Part shown: positions 1 to 10,192 of the stretch, one piece after another
How the letters are laid out: each line of letters opens with the position of its first letter
Position numbering within the stretch: the first letter of the stretch is position 1
Source of the DNA: Pseudomonadota bacterium
GTDB taxonomy: Bacteria; Desulfobacterota; Desulfobulbia; Desulfobulbales; CALZHT01
Assembly (NCBI GenBank): GCA_018823135.1
Contig: JAHJJF010000059.1
Span: 444 to 64,443, forward strand
Length of the DNA: 64,000 nt
Reading direction: 5' to 3'
Translations under genes and position numbers: made by a program
Notes under the pieces: generated by a model
Told to the model about the DNA's origin: nothing
What the model saw: the letters and a program-made list of their open reading frames with translations, nothing else
Database searches by the model: none

Positions 1-1
1 T

Positions 2-502
2 ACCAGAATCACTCTTATCACCATGGGTCTTGTGGGACTCTGGCACGGTGCGGCATGGAATTTTATTTTCTGGGGATTGGGGCATGGACTCTATCTGATC
101 ATCTATCAGATCATCCGGCTGAAGATACTGCGAAAATATCGCAAACATGTTTTTTTCATGAGTCTGCCCTGGCGATTTGGATCATGGTGTTTCAATATTG
201 CTACACGGGTACTTATTGGAGTTTGTTTCTTTGCCCCGGATTTCAGCAGACTTAAAATCTTTCTTTACCGCATCCTCATTCAACCTGACCTGGCAGGCTT
301 TAACAAACCCTCGATACTTCTGGGGTTGGGGATTATCATATCTTTCTGGATATTTCATTATCTCCGCTCAAAATCCGACATGCAGAAACATATCGATACC
401 TGGAATCCCATGTTGCGGGGCGCAGGCTATGCCTTCCTAATATATCTGATCCTCTTCGGCGCCGTGGACACGGCAGAGCAGTTTATCTACTACCAGTTCT
501 AA
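2..502 (+). CDS. MBOAT family O-acyltransferase (AlgI/DltB-like), 5'-truncated by the window edge
   Basis: GLWHGAAWNFIFWG catalytic His motif and C-terminal FIYYQF typical of AlgI-like MBOATs; frame is open back to the window start. Confidence 0.9.
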   Translation, partial: TRITLITMGLVGLWHGAAWNFIFWGLGHGLYLIIYQIIRLKILRKYRKHVFFMSLPWRFGSWCFNIATRVLIGVCFFAPDFSRLKIFLYRILIQPDLAGFNKPSILLGLGIIISFWIFHYLRSKSDMQKHIDTWNPMLRGAGYAFLIYLILFGAVDTAEQFIYYQF

Positions 503-513
503 ATGAATCCAGG

Positions 514-548
514 CAAAAAAACAGCCCCGAATCGCAGGGCCGTTTTTT
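514..548. terminator. Bidirectional rho-independent terminator between convergent genes
   Basis: A-tract, imperfect GC-rich hairpin, T-tract. Confidence 0.55.
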
Positions 549-574
549 CGAATCATTATCTTAATCAAAAATAA

Positions 575-2950
575 TCAGGGGCAATCAGAAATAACCGTCT
601 GTGGTGCAATAGCGGTTGGTGTGACCACTGGTGAATTAACCCAATAATTCGTATTCTCAACAGCCGGATACGTCACTATATCTCCGGTACTTCCCGAATT
701 ATTGAATTGCGCCACAGCCGTGGTATTTATCACGGTCGCGGTTGTCGGGCTGTCCAGAGAGCATCCAAGAGTTCCGTCACCAGTAAGCCTCATCATGAAT
801 GGGGATTCCGGGTCAATTGATGCATCATCATACGTATCACCAACAGCAAAATAGCCCCCGTCTGAATTCTGCCCTAAAGCCAACGGGCGTCTGTCATAGG
901 TGCCGTTGTATTGTTTTTCCCACTGGACGTTACCGCTGCTGTCAAGGCTGACAATCCATGGGGATTCATTAACCCCTCGAGTCGTGCCGGCAACAATAAC
1001 CGCACCTGCGCCGGTTTCCCTTAGATCATTCGCGCGTTCTTCATTACCTGCAACACCATACAATTTCTGCCAGGTAATTGTGCTTCCATCACTGCTTACC
1101 TTCACCACCCACATATCATTGTCACTTCCATTATAGGTTTGACCTGCAAGAACATGACCGTCACTGGTCTCACTCGCGGAATAAAGATAGTCCCAGATTG
1201 TGCCAAGTCCCCGCACATAGGTATACTGCCAGACAACAACGCCTGTATTGTCAAGCTTCATCAAGGAATAATCAGTATCAGCCCCGCCAAAGGAACTGGT
1301 AGAGCCTGCAACCAGAAAACCGGACTGATCGGAGGCCTGATAAATCTTACTCGCAGAGTCATTGCTTAACTCTCCATAAGCAAAGGTCCAAACCACATCG
1401 CCGCCGCCATCAAGGGCCAGAGCCCAGATCTCCGCCCCGGCAGGGCCAAGGCCATAGGTGGTGCCGGTAACAACATATTCTATTCCTGAAACACCGGTCA
1501 CTACATCAATGGATTCTATGTTATCATGACCAGTCGTGCCATAGGCCTTGTTCCAGGTAATGTTCCCGGATGAATCGGTTTTTACGACCCAGAAATCATC
1601 GGTGCCGGCGATGCCAAGATTTGTATCTCCGGCTACGATATACCCTCCGTCAGCAGTCTGCTTGACAGCACGAAAGATTTCACTAGTAATAGTGCTTCCA
1701 TAGTGATTGGCCCAACTCAGGGTGCCGTCTGCGGCAAATTTTGCAAGGACTGCCTGAGTGTAGTTACCCGCCACATCCAACACATAAATAGATCCCGCAG
1801 CAACAAAGCCGCCGTCAGCGGTCTGCTGGCCGTCGTAAAACACTCCATTGCTGTAATTAACCCCACCCATGAGAATTTTAGAAAAAGTAGTCTGGGTGGT
1901 GAAACTCCACGGGTTATTTGCATTTGCTGCCAGCGGATTGCCGGCAAGATCCAGGGCACCGGCGGTAATAGTCGCGGTATAAACGGTATTAGGTTCAAGA
2001 TTGGCCGAAGGTGTAAAGGTAAAGGTGTTGGTGCTGGGGGGGCCAACTGCCCCGGCAATATTGCTCGCCCCGTCGTTTACCGTAAAGGTCGTGGTATTTA
2101 CGGTTGCAGTTGTCATAGTTTCATTAAAAGTTGCTGCGACCGTACTGGCAAGAGCCACTTCAGTGGCGCCATTTGCAGGGATTGTAGAACTCACCAGAGG
2201 CGCTGTGCCGTCTGCGGTAGTAAAAGCCCAAGTATAATCAGTTGAAAAAGGCACACCCAGTACATCTTTCACAGCGGTTGAGAGAGTGGCGTCATATGTT
2301 GCGGTGTATGAGAGATTTGCAGACGGGGTAAAGGTCACAACCTTTGTGGACCAATCGTAAGATACTGTACCTGCTATATCGGTTGACCCATTGTTCACTG
2401 TAAAAGTGGTTGTGGTGAGGGTTGCCGAATCAACGGGTCCGGCAAAGGTGGCGCTGATCGTGGTGTTCACTGCCACGCCTGTGGCGTCTGCGGTCGGTGT
2501 TGTAGATGAAACAGACGGACTGCCTGAATAAGCATCCATATTCACATCCAGGGTGACCGAGCCGGAGGAGGCCCCCACATCGTAATAATAATCACCCACC
2601 CAGGTCACAACACCGCCCGCATCCATGCACTCGATGACAAAATGGCGGTTGCTGCCGTTGGGCACATCAAGGGTAATGGTGACCACGTCTGGCGGCGAGA
2701 CACCAACCACCTCGACAATATCAGCCATACCCGCACCACAAACGGTTACCCGCACCGTGGCCACCGTCAGATCGTTGATAACCGCTGATGAAAGGTTACT
2801 GCCGCTGTCGGAAGAACCCCCGGGGAAATGCAGACTCAGGTTGACACCGGTGGAACCGTCACCAAAGCCTGCCCCACCATCATTACCTGAGCAGGAAACA
2901 AGCAGGGACAGGGAAAAAACCAGACCAAAAAGAAAAAATATCCGTTTCAT
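575..2950 (-). CDS. Large lipoprotein with two Ig-like (Big_5-type) domains and a C-terminal beta-propeller
   Basis: Lipobox LLVSC; two 'PxVxSTxPxxxATxV...ATF...FTPSANL...Y' Ig repeats; repeated 'QTADGG...AG...D.WVVK.D..G...W' blades. Confidence 0.8.
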   Translation of the reverse strand: MKRIFFLFGLVFSLSLLVSCSGNDGGAGFGDGSTGVNLSLHFPGGSSDSGSNLSSAVINDLTVATVRVTVCGAGMADIVEVVGVSPPDVVTITLDVPNGSNRHFVIECMDAGGVVTWVGDYYYDVGASSGSVTLDVNMDAYSGSPSVSSTTPTADATGVAVNTTISATFAGPVDSATLTTTTFTVNNGSTDIAGTVSYDWSTKVVTFTPSANLSYTATYDATLSTAVKDVLGVPFSTDYTWAFTTADGTAPLVSSTIPANGATEVALASTVAATFNETMTTATVNTTTFTVNDGASNIAGAVGPPSTNTFTFTPSANLEPNTVYTATITAGALDLAGNPLAANANNPWSFTTQTTFSKILMGGVNYSNGVFYDGQQTADGGFVAAGSIYVLDVAGNYTQAVLAKFAADGTLSWANHYGSTITSEIFRAVKQTADGGYIVAGDTNLGIAGTDDFWVVKTDSSGNITWNKAYGTTGHDNIESIDVVTGVSGIEYVVTGTTYGLGPAGAEIWALALDGGGDVVWTFAYGELSNDSASKIYQASDQSGFLVAGSTSSFGGADTDYSLMKLDNTGVVVWQYTYVRGLGTIWDYLYSASETSDGHVLAGQTYNGSDNDMWVVKVSSDGSTITWQKLYGVAGNEERANDLRETGAGAVIVAGTTRGVNESPWIVSLDSSGNVQWEKQYNGTYDRRPLALGQNSDGGYFAVGDTYDDASIDPESPFMMRLTGDGTLGCSLDSPTTATVINTTAVAQFNNSGSTGDIVTYPAVENTNYWVNSPVVTPTAIAPQTVISDCP

Positions 2951-2972
2951 AGCAATTCACCACCAATAATTA

Positions 2973-3830
2973 TTACTGAAACTCAAGCACAATGCTTACC
3001 GGAGTCGTCGAATCGCCAACCGTTCCCTGGGGCGCCGGACGATAAGTATCGCCACCTATAATTCTCGGCCAGACATCAAAAAAATTCCGCAAATCAGCCT
3101 CATCGTCATCCGCCAGTTGAACCTTTGGCGACAGCGGCGGCGGTGCCCCTTTTCTGGTGTCGGTAAAATCTATCTCCGGCACGCCCTCAACCGTCACCTC
3201 ATAGACAATGGGACCGATATCCGTACCGGTTGTCGAGCCAGTCTGGTTGGTAATCTGGAATGCCTCCGGAAAGGACGGCGGGCTGCTGCCGGTCACGGTG
3301 GTCATTTCACCTGCGGAGAGTTCCTGCTCTCCCGCAACGGAAGAATCGCTGTTTTTGACCAGAACTTTTCCTTCAAGGACCGCGATCCCCGTGGAATTGG
3401 TAGCCGGGTCGTACCAGATCAAAAAAATGGTGCCGCGGGCTGCGGCAAAAGCCGTCGGCGTCTTGACGCTGAAATCGGCATTGCCCACCACCGCCCGGAG
3501 TTTGCCGTCCAGAAGCTCGTAAATCGACTCGACCCGCTTATCCTCAGGACTGTAGATATATTGGCTCACGGCCAGACGACTCATGGGGCCGAGAGTGAGG
3601 ATGCTGTCGTCCCTGAAAAGCATTTTCACCCTGGAGTTTTCCCGGGTTGAAATATTGTCCTTTTCAAGGAGCGCCAGGCGCTTCTCAGCCTTGATTTCCT
3701 TTTCCAGCCTTTCGACAAAGGCCGTGCCGCGCACCGAAACCACATCTCCGGCCTTGTCTGCGGCAAAAATACCCGTCTGCCATCCCGAAAGAATAACAGC
3801 AACCAGAATCAACAAGACGATTTTTCTCAT
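2973..3830 (-). CDS. FecR-domain periplasmic protein
   Basis: Signal peptide; 'D.I.T...SRV...F.D.S.L.LGP.S' and 'V.TPTA.AAARGT.F...VLEGKV' FecR motifs. Confidence 0.85.
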   Translation of the reverse strand: MRKIVLLILVAVILSGWQTGIFAADKAGDVVSVRGTAFVERLEKEIKAEKRLALLEKDNISTRENSRVKMLFRDDSILTLGPMSRLAVSQYIYSPEDKRVESIYELLDGKLRAVVGNADFSVKTPTAFAAARGTIFLIWYDPATNSTGIAVLEGKVLVKNSDSSVAGEQELSAGEMTTVTGSSPPSFPEAFQITNQTGSTTGTDIGPIVYEVTVEGVPEIDFTDTRKGAPPPLSPKVQLADDDEADLRNFFDVWPRIIGGDTYRPAPQGTVGDSTTPVSIVLEFQ

Positions 3831-5131
3831 ATGCCTATCCCCACAACAAATCCGGTAATATTTCGCGTAAAATCCGTTTTCGCGATATTGGAATCATTGA
3901 TCACATAATTTTCAGTCAAACTCAACGTCAGCCATTTAAGGGGATTCCAGACCACAACCAGGGAATACTCCTGAACCTTGTCCTTGCGGCTGGTGGATTC
4001 CCCAGGCCAGGTGTCATCGTATTTTTTGTCATAATAGGAGCCGTCGACAAATAACTGGATTTTGTCAATTGCCGAACTCAGCTTTACTGATGCCTTGTGC
4101 CCGTCATATTGCCAGTAACCCATATCGGCGCCCTTGATATCATAGGCATAGCCCACGGACAATCCGAGATTTTTCGCAAGAAGGATCTTTTCGGTGACGC
4201 CTATTGTATCGCTATCGCCGTTCCTTGATGAATTGGTGGTGAACTGATCAGAGTTGTCAAAGTCCTGAAACTCATGAGCATAGTACAGCTCGGTGTGCAG
4301 TTTCGGCGAATGGCTATAGGAAAATACCGGCTTGATTGTATTGATGGTGCTGTACTTTTCACGCCCCACCAGGGAATAGTTCAAATCATATTCAAGGGCG
4401 GTGCGGATCGGTCCCCTGGGATCGTACTCCCCTGAAAAGGTAAGATTATGCTGGTGAACGTCATACGCATGCAGGGTATCGTGGAGACTCTGATAAAACA
4501 TATATCCGGCACTGGCCTTGAAACTGTTCTTTTCAAAAAAGGCCCAGTTGCCGCTGATTACCGCAAGCCAGCGCCAGTCCGCCTCATCGGTCTGGGTCAG
4601 AGGATCTTCCGGCTCGAGGATAACATTGTCATCCCACTGGCCGCCGATGAGTAGATTCAGGGTATAGGTCTTGTCCCTTGCCCTGGCCGCAGCGGAAATT
4701 TTTGCAAGATACTTTCCTGCCACGGTCTTTGAATGGTCGTCAGCCTCGCTGCCGACAACCTCGCTGAAAAGATCCCCCGCATCCTCCCAGGCATCCAGAT
4801 GATAGAGGACAACGCCGAGCTCGAATTTCGCCCGCCACGAATCCGGATTCTTCCTGAGGAGCTTGACAAAATAGCCTTTGGCTTCGGAGTATTTCTCGTT
4901 TCGGGACCAGGCAATGCCCATAAGCAGCATGGCCTCGGTGTCATCGGGCTTTACGTCCAGGGCCTTTTGCAGATGGGTCCTGGCCTCCTCAAAGGAGGCA
5001 CTTTCAACGGCCAGAGAACCCTTGGTCATGGCGATCTCAAATTCCTTCTCTGAAGCAAGCGCCATACCGGAACAAAGGATTAACCCCAGAAAAACCGACA
5101 CCCGGAAAGTTACGAGCCATTTCTGTTTCAT
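3827..5131 (-). CDS. TPR-containing outer-membrane beta-barrel (DUF560/Slam-like)
   Basis: Signal peptide, about 3 N-terminal TPRs, barrel beginning at 'GGQWDDNV' with alternating aromatic-rich strands. Confidence 0.7.
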   Translation of the reverse strand: MKQKWLVTFRVSVFLGLILCSGMALASEKEFEIAMTKGSLAVESASFEEARTHLQKALDVKPDDTEAMLLMGIAWSRNEKYSEAKGYFVKLLRKNPDSWRAKFELGVVLYHLDAWEDAGDLFSEVVGSEADDHSKTVAGKYLAKISAAARARDKTYTLNLLIGGQWDDNVILEPEDPLTQTDEADWRWLAVISGNWAFFEKNSFKASAGYMFYQSLHDTLHAYDVHQHNLTFSGEYDPRGPIRTALEYDLNYSLVGREKYSTINTIKPVFSYSHSPKLHTELYYAHEFQDFDNSDQFTTNSSRNGDSDTIGVTEKILLAKNLGLSVGYAYDIKGADMGYWQYDGHKASVKLSSAIDKIQLFVDGSYYDKKYDDTWPGESTSRKDKVQEYSLVVVWNPLKWLTLSLTENYVINDSNIAKTDFTRNITGFVVGIGI

Positions 5132-5308
5132 GAAAACAACCCTTGTAATCTGTTAAAATAATGAATGTTTTATCCACAGCAGCTTTGAAGCAGGCCGTGC
5201 AAAACATATGTTAGACAACAGAATCTAACTGATTAATCAATTCTCTGCAACGTGCAACTTACAGTTGTAAGGTTATTTTTGACTGATCGCAGCCTTGACT
5301 CACAACTA

Positions 5309-7249
5309 TCAGGCCTCCTTGTCCGGATGGGGAATCGGCCTGACTGAAAACACCTTCACCGGCAGATCTTTCCCCTTAACCTTGACGGTGTCGGCTTCCT
5401 GAAGATCAATATGACCGAACCGATGATTATCAACCAGAGGCTGTAGTTTCGCCAGGGTAAATTCGGTTATCAAAATACGCGTTTTGTATTGCCTGGTCAG
5501 TGCTTCAACCCTGGCGCCCAGATTTACATGATCGCCGATGGCAGTAAAATCCATCTTCTTGCCTGCAGCGCCGATATTGCCAATCAGTACCACACCGGTA
5601 TTGAGGCCAATGCCGATATCAATGGCCTGTTTGCCTTCCGACTGCCACTTTTCCCGCAGGCGATCAAGTTGATCCGACATATGAAATGCGCACCGCATGG
5701 CGCGTTCGGCATGATCCGCTTGCGCAACGGGCGCGCCCCAGAATGCCATGATCTCATCGCCGACAAACTTATCAAGGGTCCCGTCCCAGTGGAAGATGAT
5801 GTCGGTCATTACCCCAAAGTATTCATTGAGCATTGCAACCACTTCCTCTGGCTCTCTTTTTTCTGAAAACGAGGTGAATCCGGCGATATCGGAAAAAAGG
5901 ATGGTCACCTCCTGGCGATAGCCGCCGAGCCTTGCCATTTCCGGATTATTAATCAATTCGTTAACCACTTTGGGAGACACATAACTGGAAAACATCGAGC
6001 GTAGGCGCTTGGCTTTGCGTTCTTCGACAAAATATTTGTACGCGCCGAAGAGTATGGTTATGACAACCATGTTACCGAAGGGATAGACAAAATTCAGATA
6101 ATAACTGTGAATCGTGAAGAGATACTGGTTTAACGCCACGTATAATGATATGAGCAGCAAGGAAGCAAGCAGCGCCGAAAACGCTCTTACCTTGGGCAGC
6201 AAAAAAGACAACAGCACACCGCTAAAAAGAATTATACAGGAAATCACTGAGACCGGCGTGTTGAGGATGAAATGCTTGTTCAGAATATTTTCAACAACCG
6301 TGGCGTTTTTTTCAACCGCCGGGATACGCGCCGAAAACGGCGTCACCATGAAATCATAGGTTGAAATGGCCGATGTTCCGAGAAAGACAATTTTTTCTCT
6401 GAGCAGGGAAATATCAAAAGTGCCGTCCAGCACATCGGCTGCAGACACATAATGAAATGTTCCTTCCGGCCCGAGATAGTTAACCCGCATCCGGCCGCGG
6501 ATATCCGTCGGGATAAAGGTGTCTCCGAGATCGATGCCGCTGTGACCCTGGACCACAAGATCATCTGTCCCCATATTCCTGGCAAGTGCGGCGGCAACGA
6601 GTGACAGTGACGGGAAAAACTCATCCTTAAACTTGATATAAAGATGCTCGCGCCTGAGCTTGCCGTCGCCGTCCGGCGGGCTTACCACATGCCCGAGAAT
6701 CGCATTGGCATAGATCACCGGCACGGACAAGACCTTTGACTTGTGCACCTCAAGCGCCCCCTCCAGCTGCGAAGAACGCTTTATCTTGAGAATGGCGTTA
6801 TCAAGTAAATAATCAGGGACTTCATCATCATTGGGCGGGGCATTGGGGTCGAAACCGGCGGCAAGGGCGATTCTTCCATAATACTTCTCAAAAACACTTC
6901 CCAGGGCGGCGTCTCTTTGCGGATTCTCGGGTTCCGGATAGAAAATATCCACCACCAAGATCCTGGGATCGCCGGTGATTATTGTATCAATAAGCTCTGA
7001 CTGAAGGTCTCTGGCCCAAGGCCAGCGGCCGAAAATATCCAGACTTTTTTCATCTACGGCAATGATTAAGATATTTTCGGGGGGCGGTGGCGGGCTGATG
7101 ATATTTCTCAGCTGAAACCTGTAATCGAGAAACATCGCCTCAATGGTTTCGTTGACAATCCGGGGCGACGATATATTGAGCAGAAAAAACAGCGCGGTGA
7201 TTGCGAGTCCAGCCAGGGTGATGAAGTTAATTTTCCAGGTTTTCTTCAT
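5309..7249 (-). CDS. CHASE2-domain class III adenylate cyclase
   Basis: CHASE2 motifs (VDEKSL..FGRWPW.R, D.DG.LRR), 3 TM helices, cyclase motifs FSDIAGFT, DKFVGDEIMA, AIGDHVNLGARVE; start placed at MKKTW. Confidence 0.93.
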   Translation of the reverse strand: MKKTWKINFITLAGLAITALFFLLNISSPRIVNETIEAMFLDYRFQLRNIISPPPPPENILIIAVDEKSLDIFGRWPWARDLQSELIDTIITGDPRILVVDIFYPEPENPQRDAALGSVFEKYYGRIALAAGFDPNAPPNDDEVPDYLLDNAILKIKRSSQLEGALEVHKSKVLSVPVIYANAILGHVVSPPDGDGKLRREHLYIKFKDEFFPSLSLVAAALARNMGTDDLVVQGHSGIDLGDTFIPTDIRGRMRVNYLGPEGTFHYVSAADVLDGTFDISLLREKIVFLGTSAISTYDFMVTPFSARIPAVEKNATVVENILNKHFILNTPVSVISCIILFSGVLLSFLLPKVRAFSALLASLLLISLYVALNQYLFTIHSYYLNFVYPFGNMVVITILFGAYKYFVEERKAKRLRSMFSSYVSPKVVNELINNPEMARLGGYRQEVTILFSDIAGFTSFSEKREPEEVVAMLNEYFGVMTDIIFHWDGTLDKFVGDEIMAFWGAPVAQADHAERAMRCAFHMSDQLDRLREKWQSEGKQAIDIGIGLNTGVVLIGNIGAAGKKMDFTAIGDHVNLGARVEALTRQYKTRILITEFTLAKLQPLVDNHRFGHIDLQEADTVKVKGKDLPVKVFSVRPIPHPDKEA

Positions 7250-7400
7250 GAACAGCCTTCTTGAGCAGAGCAGTACCAATCATATGGACAGCTATAAACT
7301 CACGACAGCATACCTTGATTATCAGAAAGTTTTTTTAATAAACATATTGTTTCTTTACACAAATAACCTTTCTCCTTCAAATAATTCATGATTATTCAGC

Positions 7401-9164
7401 TTATACGTCCTTGAACTCTGAAACCTTGTACCTGATCCCCATGGCGTTGGCACGGGATGCCATGCCTTCCAGTAAAGAATTCACCTCAGTTTGTGATTCT
7501 TCAAAATAGAATAAATGCAAAGACGACATGCGCCTTTCACTTTCCCGCTCCCGGCCTTCACCCGGAACCATTTTCTTATATAAAGATTCCAGCTCTTTCA
7601 TGGCCTCACCCATGGTCTGATATCGCTCATCCGGGTTATTCCTACAGGCGCGCAATATAAAATTCCTCAGGGCTTCAGGGATGTCGGGTCGCTCTTCTTT
7701 AGGATCGGGAATTTCTTCGCGTAATCGTTTATTAATAAAATTACCGATATCGTCATCCTGATGAGGGCGTCTGCCGGTCAACATTTCATACGCCGTAAGC
7801 CCCAGTGTGTAAATATCAACCCGGAAATCAATCTCATCATTCCTGATCTGTTCCGGTGCGGCATAATGAATGGTCCCTTTAAGGGTCGCGTGATCAGTGC
7901 CGGATGAAAACGCCAGACCGAAATCGAGCATCTTTACCTGGCCGTCATTCTGAACAAAAATATTGGCCGGCTTCACATCATGATGCACAATCCCTTTTCT
8001 GTGGGCATATTCAAGTCCGGCGCATGCCTGCTTGAGAATGTCCAGGGTTGTTGTGACGTCCAGGGTGCCGAGCCTGTCCAGCAAGGCTTCTACTGTTCCA
8101 CCTTCCAGGTATTCCATAATAATGAAAATCGTCTGGTACTGTTCTTCGATATCGTGCACCTGAACGATATTTCGATGGTTGAGCTTGGCAATGATCGTTG
8201 CCTCCTTCATGAACTGATTCTTAAACATCGTATCCATGGCCATCTGATGCTTGAGCATCTTGATCGCTACCGGCATTTTAAGCTGCGTATGGAATCCCTG
8301 GTAGACAATGCCCCAACCGCCATGATCAATTTTCATTTTGACCAGGTATTTGCCCACGGTCCGGTCGGCAATTATCGGAGAATTTTCCAGGCGATCAGTG
8401 ACCAGTTCAGTGAGAAATAACCGCACGTCCTCACACTTTGCAGCAATCGCGTCCATCTGTTTTTTGGGCAGACGCCATATCTGCATGTCGGATAATGCCG
8501 TAACATCGGCACACCGCAACTCCCCGGTCAGAACCGCCATTTCGCCGACTATTTCCCCCGGCCCCAATTGTGCAACCCTGTGTGGCTGGTCATCCTTTAA
8601 AACCAGGATCTGACAGGTGCCGGACTGAACGAGATACAGACAATCGCCTTTTTCACCCTGGGATATAATATTTATACCGGACAATATTTCAACTTTCTGC
8701 AGACGGTTCAACAACAACCAGACGGCATTGGCAGGCAGGCATTCGAACATGCCGGTTTGCATGAGAAAATCCATATCAGCGACAAGGGATGCAAGCGCCT
8801 CTTCCTTGATTGCGGATTGCCTGCCGGGCTTCCTGTTTTTCTTCAACTCTAGACCGGCAAGCTGCCCGCCGCCTGAAGAACCCTTCCCGACCCAGGAAAT
8901 CCCGGCGCTATATTTTGACCATTTTTGTTTACGCGAATCGCGCAACAGAAAAAAGATTTCTTCTCCCTGTTCAAAGGAATATTCGGTCTCAATCAGAAAT
9001 CCGCCCTTGCTGGCATTGATGACTGCCACAAAGAAATAGGTGATATCTTCATATGATGGAAGATTTTTACGCCACGTCCTCCCCTGTCCGTAAACCATGG
9101 CAATTTCAGGTTCTGATATCTGCTGCCTTTCCCATCGACGCCTTTCTTTTCCAGTCTTCATCAT
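7401..9164 (-). CDS. Ser/Thr protein kinase with N-terminal PilZ-like and cyclic-nucleotide-binding domains
   Basis: ERRRWER...INASKGG (PilZ-like); GEIVGEMAVLTGELRCADV (cNMP); VAIKML, HHDVKPAN, DFG, APE (Hanks kinase). Confidence 0.88.
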   Translation of the reverse strand: MMKTGKERRRWERQQISEPEIAMVYGQGRTWRKNLPSYEDITYFFVAVINASKGGFLIETEYSFEQGEEIFFLLRDSRKQKWSKYSAGISWVGKGSSGGGQLAGLELKKNRKPGRQSAIKEEALASLVADMDFLMQTGMFECLPANAVWLLLNRLQKVEILSGINIISQGEKGDCLYLVQSGTCQILVLKDDQPHRVAQLGPGEIVGEMAVLTGELRCADVTALSDMQIWRLPKKQMDAIAAKCEDVRLFLTELVTDRLENSPIIADRTVGKYLVKMKIDHGGWGIVYQGFHTQLKMPVAIKMLKHQMAMDTMFKNQFMKEATIIAKLNHRNIVQVHDIEEQYQTIFIIMEYLEGGTVEALLDRLGTLDVTTTLDILKQACAGLEYAHRKGIVHHDVKPANIFVQNDGQVKMLDFGLAFSSGTDHATLKGTIHYAAPEQIRNDEIDFRVDIYTLGLTAYEMLTGRRPHQDDDIGNFINKRLREEIPDPKEERPDIPEALRNFILRACRNNPDERYQTMGEAMKELESLYKKMVPGEGRERESERRMSSLHLFYFEESQTEVNSLLEGMASRANAMGIRYKVSEFKDV

Positions 9165-9587
9165 CCCATCCCCCCGATCTTTCGTGTTGCTTCGTCGTTA
9201 ACCGATCATTCACAACTTGCCTCGGCCCTAGAAACAGCGTGAAACAGCCTTTCACCGGCATAAAGATGAAAAGCAAACCTTACCGATGCGCTATATATTC
9301 CTGGCGGGATGCACTGCGGTTATAATAAATACACTGTCGCGTCGCTCTTTTTGCTGTGCGACAAGGTCAAAAACGTATAAAAATCTGTCGCAGATGCCTG
9401 GCATGGCAGGGGAAACAATGGCCGGCGACGTTAACGCATTCGTAAAAGATCGCGAATCCTGCGCAGTAGATTCCTTTTTGTAGCCGGGGGTCAAAAAAAC
9501 GATCAAATCGTTGAATTTACTTTGCTTTTCTGCACCCCAATCAGTCTATACCCAAAAGGCATAACAAATCAATTCGAGACGGGCGTC

Positions 9588-9917
9588 TTACTCCTTAGAC
9601 TTCTTGATGACAGAAAAACCCAATAGCCCCAGACCCACGACAAGTGTGCCGATTGCAACCGGCCAGGTAATTCTGTAACTGCCGGTCTCCATGGCATTGA
9701 TGATGAATACCGTAGCGACAAACAAAACAAAATAACTGGCGCTGCGGTAGGAATCCGCCTCACTGTATTCCTGTTCATCTGCAGGATGAATAATAACCGT
9801 TTCATCGTCAGGAGAATTCATCTCTTGAGAGAGATGCCTTTCATCCTGCTTGTCCACCCCACCTTTTTGTATACTCTGCGACGAACTGTTGATTTCCTGA
9901 TCAGTCACGATTTTCAC
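9588..9917 (-). CDS. Small hypothetical membrane protein
   Basis: Acidic N-terminus, two C-terminal hydrophobic helices, GTG start. Confidence 0.55.
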   Translation of the reverse strand: MKIVTDQEINSSSQSIQKGGVDKQDERHLSQEMNSPDDETVIIHPADEQEYSEADSYRSASYFVLFVATVFIINAMETGSYRITWPVAIGTLVVGLGLLGFSVIKKSKE

Positions 9918-10192
9918 CTCATTTATTTTATATCGATATTAGACTTTTTACCGTAGCCAAACTTTACAAGCTTTTCAAGAGGCATCACAAAACATGCATT
10001 CAAAAGCAGGTAACGGCACCTCGCCGATATCGTACCTGCCTGGTTTTTTAAAATAACCCAAAAATTTTTTCCGCATATTTTCTTGACATCTATTCCCATC
10101 AAGTTCCATCATCATTTCATCTCTCATGCAAGTAATAATTTACAAGATAACGAACTTTCAAATATCAACCAGTCCATAAAAAGGAGGAAATC

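Noticed and set aside
9330-9430. Sigma54 promoter with TGTCGC/GCGACA activator sites
   Set aside because: The repeats are visible but TGGCA at about 9399 lacks the -12 TTGC; support is insufficient
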